Shown: positions 1 through 8,277 of the stretch, in pieces
How the letters are laid out: every line of letters starts with the position of its first letter
Position numbering within the stretch: the first letter of the stretch is position 1
Translations under genes and position numbers: made by a program
Notes under the pieces: generated by a model
Database searches by the model: none
The model's input: only the letters and a program-made list of their open reading frames with translations
What the model was told of the DNA's origin: nothing
Virus record (IMG/VR): IMGVR_UViG_3300010283_000223
Strand: one strand, 5' to 3'
Source of the DNA: an uncultured virus (IMG/VR IMGVR_UViG_3300010283_000223)
Taxonomy: Duplodnaviria > Heunggongvirae > Uroviricota > Caudoviricetes
Length of the DNA: 20,000 nucleotides

Positions 1-412
1 CAGAAATGGCATATGTTACATGGGAAATTGCTTTCTTTAACTCATCTGCAGGAATAACATCCTCCTGGCTTGTGTCTATATCGCTTCTTGCGTATGCGAA
101 CTGTTCAACCGGTAAGGTTTTAAATTTATTCTTGATACTCCCCATTTGAATAGTAACCATGTCCCTGTCACAAGTGACCGATACATCTCCTGCCGGAAGA
201 TTTGTGATAAGGTCAAATGCCTTTGCCGGAATGATGAAATTATCTTCCTCTATGCCATCTAGCGTCGCCTTGACGGTCAGTTCAGTGTTGGATGCAATTA
301 AATGACCATCCTGCACCAAAATTCCTTTTAAAGCGTCTATAGTGGTTTTCTTTGGTACGATTCCTTTCAACTGGCTTATTTTTCTAGCCAATTCAACTTT
401 CGATATCTTCAT
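1..412 (-). CDS. dnaN: DNA polymerase III beta sliding clamp, N-terminal part (runs off the left edge; not in the ORF track)
   Basis: Manual translation from ATG at 412 (RBS GGAAGGAG): MKISKVELARKISQLKGIVPKKTTIDALKGILVQDGHLIASNTELTVKATLDGIEEDNFIIPAKAFDLITNLPAGDV...IPADELKKAISHVTYAIS. Matches beta-clamp domain I pattern (P-x-L-x-G-I-L, A-[ST]-N-x-E, [IV]-P-A-K, L-P). Open to the window edge. Confidence 0.88.
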   Translation of the reverse strand, partial: MKISKVELARKISQLKGIVPKKTTIDALKGILVQDGHLIASNTELTVKATLDGIEEDNFIIPAKAFDLITNLPAGDVSVTCDRDMVTIQMGSIKNKFKTLPVEQFAYARSDIDTSQEDVIPADELKKAISHVTYAIS

Positions 413-932
413 GTAGCTCTACTCCTTCCAAAAACAGTATTTTGCAGTATTTCTGTATTACTTGATACGGTTTCAGCTCTTTCAATGTCATATGCTTATG
501 ACCAAACATTTCTTTCATAGACTTCCATACATTCCAAGGAACCCTGAAGAACTCACTCATTCCAATGGAAACTACAATATAGCAGTGAGCTCCCATCTTT
601 TCGTAACGATCAAACGTTTCCCATTGCTTGTCCGTTACTGCGCCCTGCTGAATCTTATCTGTATCTGTATGTTTTGCATCAAATACAATGCAACTTCCGT
701 CACACAACACTCCTTTGAAATCAGGCTGCGCCTTTTTGGTAAAGCAGGCTATATATTGTCCCATTTTTCTATCACCATAAGGTTTTAAAGGCTTCATTGG
801 CTCTGGGGTTTTATCGATACATGCTGCTCCCTGTAAAAAATAGAATTCGCAGGAATCCTCTAGCCATTTTTCAAACATCTCTCCGGATTGTCTGCTTCTC
901 CTTCCGATTAAACTTCTATTAGGATTTGTCAT
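393..932 (-). CDS. recU: Holliday junction resolvase, RecU family
   Basis: G-x-x-F-E, IDKTPEP, QPDFKG, FDAKHT and Q motifs typical of RecU. Start moved to ATG 932 behind RBS AGGAG. Confidence 0.85.
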   Translation of the reverse strand: MTNPNRSLIGRRSRQSGEMFEKWLEDSCEFYFLQGAACIDKTPEPMKPLKPYGDRKMGQYIACFTKKAQPDFKGVLCDGSCIVFDAKHTDTDKIQQGAVTDKQWETFDRYEKMGAHCYIVVSIGMSEFFRVPWNVWKSMKEMFGHKHMTLKELKPYQVIQKYCKILFLEGVELHEDIES

Positions 933-1566
933 TTTCTTCAACTCCTACTGTCTGAACGGATATCTCATAAGCTGTCCTGTACTCCGGTTCTCCATTTTCG
1001 CTATGTTTCACATATTGTCTTGATTGGATGCGTCCCTTAATATCACATTTGGTTCCAACAGGAAGGTTCGCAACATATGTCGCATTTCTGCTCCAGCAGA
1101 TGCAAGGTATGTAATCTGACTTACCATAAGATCTGTTCACCGCCAGAAGCAGATCCGCAATTTCTCTTCCAAGAGGTGTCTTTCGATAAATCGGTGTCTT
1201 GCAGATATGTCCTGAAATATATACTTCATTGATATCATCGTTGCCGCCTGTCTCCTCATCGGAAAAGTCGAGCATAATTTCTCTGGCAAATACAGACAAA
1301 TCCAATCTATTTTTGCTTTCTTCATGCTTGTTGTATGACCGGAACTGTCCTCTTATCAGGACTTTTCTGCCAACAAAATCCTCTTTCACATTTATCAACC
1401 TTTCGGATACAGTAACCGGAATAGTATCGCATACGCCGCTAAGTCTTGGTATAGTAACACCAACTCTATAGAATCCTTCTCCGAACACCTCGTGGTTAAA
1501 CGTAAATTTACTTGCAATATTTCCTAATATTGTTACCTGATTGTTATCGATATTGTTATTTTCCAT
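919..1566 (-). CDS. ssb: Single-stranded DNA-binding protein with two tandem OB folds
   Basis: Two SSB-like repeats (NQVTILGNI...GQFRSYN; NEVYISGHICKTP...DYIPCICW...GRIQSRQY). RBS AGGAG. Confidence 0.9.
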   Translation of the reverse strand: MENNNIDNNQVTILGNIASKFTFNHEVFGEGFYRVGVTIPRLSGVCDTIPVTVSERLINVKEDFVGRKVLIRGQFRSYNKHEESKNRLDLSVFAREIMLDFSDEETGGNDDINEVYISGHICKTPIYRKTPLGREIADLLLAVNRSYGKSDYIPCICWSRNATYVANLPVGTKCDIKGRIQSRQYVKHSENGEPEYRTAYEISVQTVGVEENDKS

Positions 1567-2599
1567 TGTTGATCTCCTTCCTGTACATTAAGTCTGGCAT
1601 TTCAATTCCATTTTCTTTGCAAAATCTTTCAAAGCACTTCCTACACATAAAGCAGAACTGTTTTGGCTGCTCTCCTCTTTTTGATCTTGCTAAAATAGTT
1701 ATCATTTCTCTTTTCTTATTTTTTTTCCCGCAGGAATAACATACATCATATAACTTATCCTGCATTTTCTCGCTGATTCTTTTATGTTGTAGTTGCTCCG
1801 GGAACTCTCTTCTCATATTTTTCTCCCCAACAATAGGAATCAAGCTATCTTTCATGAACACCGGTACTCCACAAGCAGCTGCGCAACTTACAATGTGATT
1901 TATCCACTCAATCTTAGGGATCACCTTATCCTTTTTCCTTCCGGTTTCTGCACCTATGATTACCCAGTCTGTAAAATTGGCTATGGTAATTTCCAGTGCA
2001 TCAATTACATCCTCCATTATTGGTTCTATGCTCAAAAATGAATGTGCGTTATTAGGCAGATCCTGCATTGCTGCCTCTGCTGTCATTGCTTGTGCTGAAT
2101 TTGTTACAGTCACTCCGTACCACATATTGGGTAACTCCGGCAGCTTGTCCTTCAAAAGCAAACTGACATATCGATCTGGATTCTTTGTAAGAAACAAAAA
2201 GTTATGTATCGGATGTTCTTTGCAGACTTTCATAATTTCATCTATCCAACTGTCCGGTACCCATTCTCCGAATACATCTGCCATGGCCCCAACGAAAATA
2301 TTGTTTCCCATCTTAATCTTGTCGATCGTATTAAGCCGGTATCTATGGAAGGTTGGTTCAAATCCGAACGGGTATACCAGATCATGTCCTGTTTCATTCT
2401 TCATAGGATCATCCAGTACATACAGCTTTTTATCTCCCTGCTCTATCACAGAATAATTATCAACTGCCATTTTATTCAGGCGAACGTTACCAGAAAATCT
2501 TGTTGTCATAACCTTTGCATAACAGTAATGGCATCCGTGAAAACATCCAGTGATCGGATTCCATGTGTGATCACACCACTCTATCCTTGATTTATTCAC
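1556..2599 (-). CDS. DUF5131 (phage Gp37/Gp68) radical-SAM-like protein with C-terminal Cys-rich extension
   Basis: SRIEWCDHTWNPITGCFHGCHYCYA (CxxxCxxC), FVGAMADVF, LTKNP, SIEP, WVIIGAETG and VPVFMK are hallmark motifs. Start set at GTG 2599 after GGAGG. Confidence 0.88.
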   Translation of the reverse strand: MNKSRIEWCDHTWNPITGCFHGCHYCYAKVMTTRFSGNVRLNKMAVDNYSVIEQGDKKLYVLDDPMKNETGHDLVYPFGFEPTFHRYRLNTIDKIKMGNNIFVGAMADVFGEWVPDSWIDEIMKVCKEHPIHNFLFLTKNPDRYVSLLLKDKLPELPNMWYGVTVTNSAQAMTAEAAMQDLPNNAHSFLSIEPIMEDVIDALEITIANFTDWVIIGAETGRKKDKVIPKIEWINHIVSCAAACGVPVFMKDSLIPIVGEKNMRREFPEQLQHKRISEKMQDKLYDVCYSCGKKNKKREMITILARSKRGEQPKQFCFMCRKCFERFCKENGIEMPDLMYRKEINNGK

Positions 2600-2789
2600 T
2601 GAAGTTCCCTCCTTCCACATATTCAACATAGTATTCTTGCGGCGCATTCTTCACATTTTCTCGCCCTGCAACAGGCTTTCTTCCAATCCTTACTGTGTAA
2701 CCGCATTTCACAAGCAATGTGGCCAGCTGTAGTCTGTCTTCTTCATTCCACTGAACGGAACCTTTTCTTATGCTGCTTATTTTTGCCAT
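2592..2789 (-). CDS. Small hypothetical phage protein (65 aa)
   Basis: Strong RBS AGGAGG before ATG 2789; overlaps both neighbours in operon fashion. Confidence 0.75.
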   Translation of the reverse strand: MAKISSIRKGSVQWNEEDRLQLATLLVKCGYTVRIGRKPVAGRENVKNAPQEYYVEYVEGGNFSE

Positions 2790-4981
2790 TATCCACACCT
2801 CCTAGTTTTCTGTTGTTTTTTATCACGATCTATCGTTTCCAGCATTTTCTTCTCAAAAACCTGCACAAAAGCTTTTACTTCCGGTGGCATTCCGCAATTT
2901 TTCATACCTCTGCACTGAATGATTTGGTTGTCTCTCCATTCCATAGTGAAGTAGGATTTCTCTGGATGATCTGCTTTTCTGATGAAGAAAATATTTGTTT
3001 CTCCCCTTGCCACTCTTTCAACATATCCTCCAACGCAATGGTGCAAAGCCTCGCCCTCCTTACGTATTTCATCTCCACTCTGAGGGACCACCAGTATCAA
3101 ACCTTTTCCCTTTATCCGGAAAGCATTTACACCCTCATTTTGGGTAAATATCTTTTCCATTGCCTTTTTGGTCTCAGCCATTTTCTCGGCGGCAAGTTTC
3201 TCTCTGCGTTTCTTTTCAGCTGCAGCTTTTTTATCTTGCAATGCCTTATATTCTTCTGCGGTTCTGTCATGTACCTTTTTGAAATTGTTAGGCATATAAA
3301 TAAACATGTTGTTAAGGTCATATTTCAGCTCACGGCACCACCCTATATACTCAAGCCAGTCATGTGCCATATTCTGTTTTCTCTCTATTCGCGGATCCGT
3401 TCTCTCTTTATACCTGTTGTAGGAATAGCCCCACATGCAGGCATTCTTTTCTCCGATCGGGTATCTCTCACTCTCCCTGTCTATGTACCGGCAGAGCTTA
3501 TGGAGCGATACCTTTCTGTTCTTCTCCTTCAGAAGATCTGTGTTGCATTCAAAGGTTTCGTAAAATTCCTTTAACTGCTCCGGCTTCATCTGGATATCAA
3601 GCTGCTGTGCTACCTGCAACAGGCGGAGTTCGTAATGATTGCCGTCTATTGCCTGTAGTGTCCTCGTATTGACCTTATTCAGCCCTAAGATTTCATAGAT
3701 GGTGTCAGCCTTATAATTGACCTTGCCCGTCATGTTCCCGCTGTAGTTGTAGCCTCTTACTACATCCTTCGTCAGCTGGTTCAAGCCCATTTTGCAGAAC
3801 CACTCAAGCTTCGGAAATTTCAGATAAATATCAATGGCATCCTCGTATCTGAAAGCCGTGGTCGGAATGTTCTGCGCCAGAATTTCCAGTGCGGAATACT
3901 TCATAGGTGTGTGTTCCCATGCCTCTGGAAGATTTCCGGGATATAAGATGCACTCCATGCATGCGATATTTCCCTCGTCTGGAATCCAGCGTGAATTCCC
4001 CTTCTGGTGGTACACTCCCCATTCATAGCTTTCCTTCATCAGCTTTTCGCCGAAGAATGTGCAAAAACAGCGGCTGTACTCATGCATGGTTTCTTCAATT
4101 CGTTTCTTCCATATGCTGCCTGTTATCATTGCGTCATTCTTTATATGTCTCCATGCTTTGAAGTATCGGAGTAAGAAACCTTCCTCCTGCCGATCCACAT
4201 ATATGAACCATCTTTCATCTGTTATCTTGCATGGCATTTTTCCTCTTGCCTTATATGTCACTCTGCTTCCGCAGAAAGGACATTCCCCTTTTTCATTATT
4301 CCGAAGCCTTATCCTGCTCCGGTCAACGATTCCTGTCTTCCGGCAGTGCGTACACTCAAATTCAGCCTTTCCCTTGGATGTCTCTTTGTAAATTCCATAC
4401 CGGCTGAAGCTCATGCCCTGCTCCCATACCCAGTCGGTAAACTCCTGCGAAGGCTCTCCTATCGGCTCCATCCGTAAATCAATCGGATCAAGGACTTTCC
4501 TGTGCTTCTCTGCCAGTCGTTCCGCCTTGACCTTGTCCTGGAATCTGTCAATAGCATCCCATACGTTCTCGTCAGTGTCTTTGCGGTAAGCCTTGAAAAA
4601 GCTCTCCATGACGCCCTTGTCCTCTGCTGTCCAAATAAACACCTTGGGAATGTGTTCGCTTTTCCATGTTTTTTGATCCCATTTGTACTCCCATAATCGG
4701 AAACCCTGCATATTATCAAATGCAGCTGTGAGCCATTTAACCTTTGACTGTGACAGGTCCTGCGTGATATAATCATCACTCGACAGGAATGTCCTAAATG
4801 CTGCTTCCGTTTTTCCTTTTTTGAGCTTCGACACCTCATAGAAATTCAGAAGCAGTATTTTGTTATCATCAACCAGCTCCGCAGTCACAATGTTCTCCAT
4901 TCCGTCCAGTCTATCTGCCATTTCAACCATTTCTGCTGTTGCCTCTGGTCTAGGCAATGCAGACAGCTTTCTTTTTTCCAT
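2789..4981 (-). CDS. PcfJ domain-containing protein
   Basis: C-terminal DWLEYI...P.NFKKVHD and EGEALHHCVGGY...IFFIRK...YFTME...IIQCRGMKN are characteristic of PcfJ-like proteins. Internal Zn ribbon CTHC...CPFCG. RBS GGAGG. Confidence 0.85.
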   Translation of the reverse strand: MEKRKLSALPRPEATAEMVEMADRLDGMENIVTAELVDDNKILLLNFYEVSKLKKGKTEAAFRTFLSSDDYITQDLSQSKVKWLTAAFDNMQGFRLWEYKWDQKTWKSEHIPKVFIWTAEDKGVMESFFKAYRKDTDENVWDAIDRFQDKVKAERLAEKHRKVLDPIDLRMEPIGEPSQEFTDWVWEQGMSFSRYGIYKETSKGKAEFECTHCRKTGIVDRSRIRLRNNEKGECPFCGSRVTYKARGKMPCKITDERWFIYVDRQEEGFLLRYFKAWRHIKNDAMITGSIWKKRIEETMHEYSRCFCTFFGEKLMKESYEWGVYHQKGNSRWIPDEGNIACMECILYPGNLPEAWEHTPMKYSALEILAQNIPTTAFRYEDAIDIYLKFPKLEWFCKMGLNQLTKDVVRGYNYSGNMTGKVNYKADTIYEILGLNKVNTRTLQAIDGNHYELRLLQVAQQLDIQMKPEQLKEFYETFECNTDLLKEKNRKVSLHKLCRYIDRESERYPIGEKNACMWGYSYNRYKERTDPRIERKQNMAHDWLEYIGWCRELKYDLNNMFIYMPNNFKKVHDRTAEEYKALQDKKAAAEKKRREKLAAEKMAETKKAMEKIFTQNEGVNAFRIKGKGLILVVPQSGDEIRKEGEALHHCVGGYVERVARGETNIFFIRKADHPEKSYFTMEWRDNQIIQCRGMKNCGMPPEVKAFVQVFEKKMLETIDRDKKQQKTRRCG

Positions 4982-4994
4982 CGTACATCCCTCC

Positions 4995-5942
4995 TTACAG
5001 CCCCATCATTGAGAACAGATCCATCTGCCCTTCAAGTTCATTCGACCTCTTCTTAGGAGCTTCTTTCTTCTCCGGCTCTTTCTTTGGTTTGTCCACCTTT
5101 GCTTCCAGCTTCGTCTCTGGCTTTGGAGCTTCTTTGGCAACCTTATCTTTTTCAACCGCCTTTGCCTTTTTCTCAGCACGTTTCTTCATGCCGTCCAGAC
5201 GCTTCTGCTGATCAGCTTTCTGCTTCTTTTCTCTCTCCTTGGCTTCTTTTGTTTTTTTCTCTTCAAGAGCTTTATCATCCAGTCTGTAATAGTCTTCAGC
5301 CCATTCATAGACTACGGAATCCTTTACCATGGCACAATTGCCACTCTTGAGCTTTCGCGCCTGATCCATGATGTACTTGAAACACTTCTCCCAGGTCTTA
5401 TGCGTCTGGCATACCGCATCAGCCAATGTCTCCGATTCTTTGCACCGGTCAATCATGTGTGACAGGATAGGCTCGGCATAGCCTTCCTTTGCACTTTTCA
5501 GTTCGCCCTGCAGCTTTTTGACAGCTTCATCAATGCCTTTTTCTGTTGATTCATTATCTTTCTTTTCTTCCCAGCTACTGTTTTCAGAAACCTTCTGTGC
5601 TTCATTGTTAATTGCTTCCGTATAAGCCTGTTTTTCAATTCCTGCAATAGCTTTACCAATCTCTGATTGTGGTTCAGTCTCTGAAAAATCAATAGCCTCA
5701 TATTCTTCTTTTAATCGGTCATTCTCTATATCAAACAATGTGTTACCGTCAGCATCATAGAATGCGGTTACTTTTTCTCTCTTTAGTATCTTGTAGGTAG
5801 TATCCCCTACCTCAACTTCGCTTTTGCTATCCTCCGAGGAATATCCGTTTTCCAGATACTCAAGAACAGCTTTGCTCCACTCGCATTCGTAATCTTGATT
5901 ATCTCCTAATGCGTAGTGTATTGCTTTTCTACCTGTTTCCAT
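4995..5942 (-). CDS. PcfK / AcrIIA9-like domain protein with acidic N-terminal region and C-terminal clamp-binding-like motif
   Basis: KTWEKCFKYIMDQARK...AMVKDSVVYEWAEDYY resembles the PcfK/AcrIIA9 family; lies directly upstream of PcfJ; ends in GQMDLF. Start set at ATG 5942 after AGGAGG. Confidence 0.7.
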   Translation of the reverse strand: METGRKAIHYALGDNQDYECEWSKAVLEYLENGYSSEDSKSEVEVGDTTYKILKREKVTAFYDADGNTLFDIENDRLKEEYEAIDFSETEPQSEIGKAIAGIEKQAYTEAINNEAQKVSENSSWEEKKDNESTEKGIDEAVKKLQGELKSAKEGYAEPILSHMIDRCKESETLADAVCQTHKTWEKCFKYIMDQARKLKSGNCAMVKDSVVYEWAEDYYRLDDKALEEKKTKEAKEREKKQKADQQKRLDGMKKRAEKKAKAVEKDKVAKEAPKPETKLEAKVDKPKKEPEKKEAPKKRSNELEGQMDLFSMMGL

Positions 5943-6765
5943 AGGCTTCCTCCTTTTTATCGAAATCGAAAAACATATAAAAGTGCTCTTTTCCCACTGC
6001 CTTTTCGGTGGTTGCGGTTCCACAAAGACCGCTCATTGACTGAAACAATCTTCTCCAGGTCCATATTTGATTTTGAAACATTGGCATATACCAAAGTTCC
6101 TGTCCCTCTTTTTCATTTGGGAACAATACATGACCCGTTAGAGGATTAGTAATTGTATTTGCTATGCACACATATCCTGCACATCCCAAAAGGGAAAGCT
6201 GTATATAACACATCATTCCTGTTATTCGGTCTACATCCTGCCCTACAAAAACCACATGATTTTGAAAATTATGCTTACATTTTTTCATAGTATTTGCAGC
6301 AGCTATCAATGTCGCTCCTGCTCCGCAAGCCGGATCACATATAGATAAGTACCCTTGTTTCTCAATATGACTGTCAATGTCCTTGCAGGTTATTTCAGAC
6401 ATCATCTTGCATACACAGTAGGGTGTAAAAAACTGCCCTTTCCAGTGATTTCCAAGATTTAACTGCATATACATATCTCCAAGAAAATCCTGTTCCGGCT
6501 TTCTTTCAAACGCTTCAACAATGATTGCAAGCATTTTCGCAGGAACTTCCACAGAGCCAAGTCTCTCTATGCATTGTGCGTATTCTTTTTCTCTGCTCTC
6601 ATAATGCTCTGGACTTCTGTCAGCCACATTACTTATTGAGCACGCTATGACCGCCATTAAATCTGCCCAAACCTGCCAAGCACTCCGTGAATAACAAAGG
6701 CTATGAAAAATATCCAAAAACTCTTTTTCTGTTCCATGGATTATGTCACTTTGTTTCACCGCCAT
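5929..6765 (-). CDS. N6-adenine DNA methylase-like (HsdM-type SAM-binding) protein
   Basis: DFLGDMY, GQFFTP, DPACGAG (motif I) and GQDVD present. No NPPY/F motif IV visible. RBS AAGGAGG. Confidence 0.78.
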   Translation of the reverse strand: MAVKQSDIIHGTEKEFLDIFHSLCYSRSAWQVWADLMAVIACSISNVADRSPEHYESREKEYAQCIERLGSVEVPAKMLAIIVEAFERKPEQDFLGDMYMQLNLGNHWKGQFFTPYCVCKMMSEITCKDIDSHIEKQGYLSICDPACGAGATLIAAANTMKKCKHNFQNHVVFVGQDVDRITGMMCYIQLSLLGCAGYVCIANTITNPLTGHVLFPNEKEGQELWYMPMFQNQIWTWRRLFQSMSGLCGTATTEKAVGKEHFYMFFDFDKKEEAYGNR

Positions 6766-7375
6766 TTAATTTCCTCCTTAGTTCTTCCATCAGATCAGCC
6801 GGTGCCTCGACTCCCTCATTTACCGGTTTTGCATTTTCGATAAGCCCTGTTTCCTTAGCTTCTAAGGCAGGTTTCGTATTCTGCTCAATTTGCATCTGTT
6901 TTGTCTTTTGCACAATCTCAGGTAACTGCCGTTTTTTTATGCATTCATTAATTTGGTCTTCATAGGCAATTCTGAAATTTGCTCTGGATGACGATACATT
7001 CACGTCCGCGCATATATTTATCCATCCCAGGTTTTTAACGATAGAAACCGTCACATCATCCATTGCTCCATATGCCTGTTCCGGATTATTCTGCCCGTAC
7101 ATGCCTATTGCTTTTTGAACGCTGCCCCAAGCCTCATCAAACGATGGAAGGGGACCTTTTGTTCTTTCCATGCATAATCTTCTGATATCAGCTATTGTCG
7201 GCGGGAATGTACTTGTAGCTGCGAATTCCATAATGGCATTTTCAGCAATAGAATAATCCACATCTTTAAGCATTGCGTACCAAAATCGCATTGCGGTAGC
7301 ATCAATAAGTATTTTTGATGCCGGATAAGATGCCTTGATAGCTCCTGCTATGAGGTTAAATTCATCAGTTGTCAT
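6746..7375 (-). CDS. Replicative helicase loader/inhibitor, SPP1 G39P-like
   Basis: MTTDEF..I...IKASYP...WYAMLKDVDY...FPPTIADIR pattern; lies immediately downstream of the initiator. Confidence 0.72.
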   Translation of the reverse strand: MTTDEFNLIAGAIKASYPASKILIDATAMRFWYAMLKDVDYSIAENAIMEFAATSTFPPTIADIRRLCMERTKGPLPSFDEAWGSVQKAIGMYGQNNPEQAYGAMDDVTVSIVKNLGWINICADVNVSSSRANFRIAYEDQINECIKKRQLPEIVQKTKQMQIEQNTKPALEAKETGLIENAKPVNEGVEAPADLMEELRRKLNGGETK

Positions 7376-8207
7376 TTGACGCCCACCCCCTTACATTGTT
7401 AGCCCACTGTTCCATAGGGGACTGGCTTTGCCCGCCATACCGACGATTGCCTTTATCCTGCTCTCTTGATAACCAAGAGTTTACAAACTTGGTAATGCCT
7501 CTTCTGGTCTTACGTTTTGTCTGGTTCGATATGCACCATGCCCGCATCTCGTTGAACTGTTGCTTTACATCCACGCTTGGGTAAAGTCTTACGTATTCTG
7601 CGAATAATGCTTCCGTTGGTCTCCATTCAGAACCGTCATTCAGTATCAAGGCTTCAACATCTGCTTCTGGTTCGGAGGGGTGTTTGTCAGAACTCCGAAC
7701 AGGAATATTTATATCTCTATCTCTTTTCTCTATCTCTTTCTCTATCTCTTTCTCTGTGTTACAGTTTGTTACTTCTGCGTTACCTTCTGTTACACCAGTG
7801 TTACATTGTAACGCTTTCGTTTCGCTCATTTGTTCGATCAATTCCTTTTGAGCCCTGTGTTTTCGCACTCTTTCAGCTGATGCACTTTCGCTTCCTGTAA
7901 CAGCAGGAACTTCCGTCAAAAGGTATTGATCCTTACTTATCACTTCGAGCAATCCACATTTCTGCAAATATGACACAGTGACCGTAACATTATCGATATC
8001 CTCATCAAGGTCAAGAGCCAGTTCCTCTTCAAAACTATCTTCAACTCCCTCGTAGTAAAGCTTTCCTTCATTTTTAAGAGATAGAAGTTGCATCTTTAGG
8101 TAAATAATAGTGTATGTATCTCCACCAGCTATCTTTCGAAGTTTCTTGATGACCTTTGAATTGAACCAATCATCTTTCAGCCTGAGCCAATAGTATTTCT
8201 TAGCCAT
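7365..8207 (-). CDS. Phage replisome organizer / replication initiator
   Basis: N-terminal KKYYWLRLKDDWF...IKKLRKIAGGDTYTIIYLKM...GSESASAERVRKHR, central iteron-coded linker and EKEIEKE tract. Start ATG 8207 after GGAGG. Confidence 0.88.
   Translation of the reverse strand: MAKKYYWLRLKDDWFNSKVIKKLRKIAGGDTYTIIYLKMQLLSLKNEGKLYYEGVEDSFEEELALDLDEDIDNVTVTVSYLQKCGLLEVISKDQYLLTEVPAVTGSESASAERVRKHRAQKELIEQMSETKALQCNTGVTEGNAEVTNCNTEKEIEKEIEKRDRDINIPVRSSDKHPSEPEADVEALILNDGSEWRPTEALFAEYVRLYPSVDVKQQFNEMRAWCISNQTKRKTRRGITKFVNSWLSREQDKGNRRYGGQSQSPMEQWANNVRGWASNDN
7711..7813. repeat. Putative replication origin inside the initiator gene: five GTTAC iterons, one inverted copy, and a pyrimidine/purine-skewed tract
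   Basis: GTTAC starts at 7758, 7768, 7779, 7789 and 7800 (spacing 10/11/10/11); inverted GTAAC at 7808; TCTATCTCTT-type repeats at 7711-7755. Confidence 0.75.
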
Positions 8208-8250
8208 CCCTGGTACCTCCAATTTTCATGACTGTAAGCTTCTCCTTTCT

Positions 8251-8272
8251 GGGGCTGCCCGAAGGCAGCCTC
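8251..8272 (-). other. Intergenic GC-rich RNA hairpin with cUUCGg tetraloop and no U-tract
   Basis: Minus strand reads GAGGCTGCC-TTCG-GGCAGCCCC between sbcCD and the initiator gene. Confidence 0.6.
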
Positions 8273-8277
8273 GTATT

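Noticed and set aside
2717..3574. 285-aa plus-strand ORF and the other plus-strand ORFs between 462 and 15641
   Set aside because: Antisense shadows of well-supported minus-strand genes; no RBS or recognisable motifs, and biased Phe/Ser/Leu composition.
4995..5942. Calling this gene a confirmed anti-CRISPR (acrIIA9)
   Set aside because: Only part of the protein resembles the family, no aca regulator is adjacent, and family similarity does not prove Cas9 inhibition.
7711..7813. Short repeats as a possible CRISPR mini-array or microsatellite
   Set aside because: Units are 5-12 bp without unique spacers; better explained as origin iterons and EKEIEK coding.
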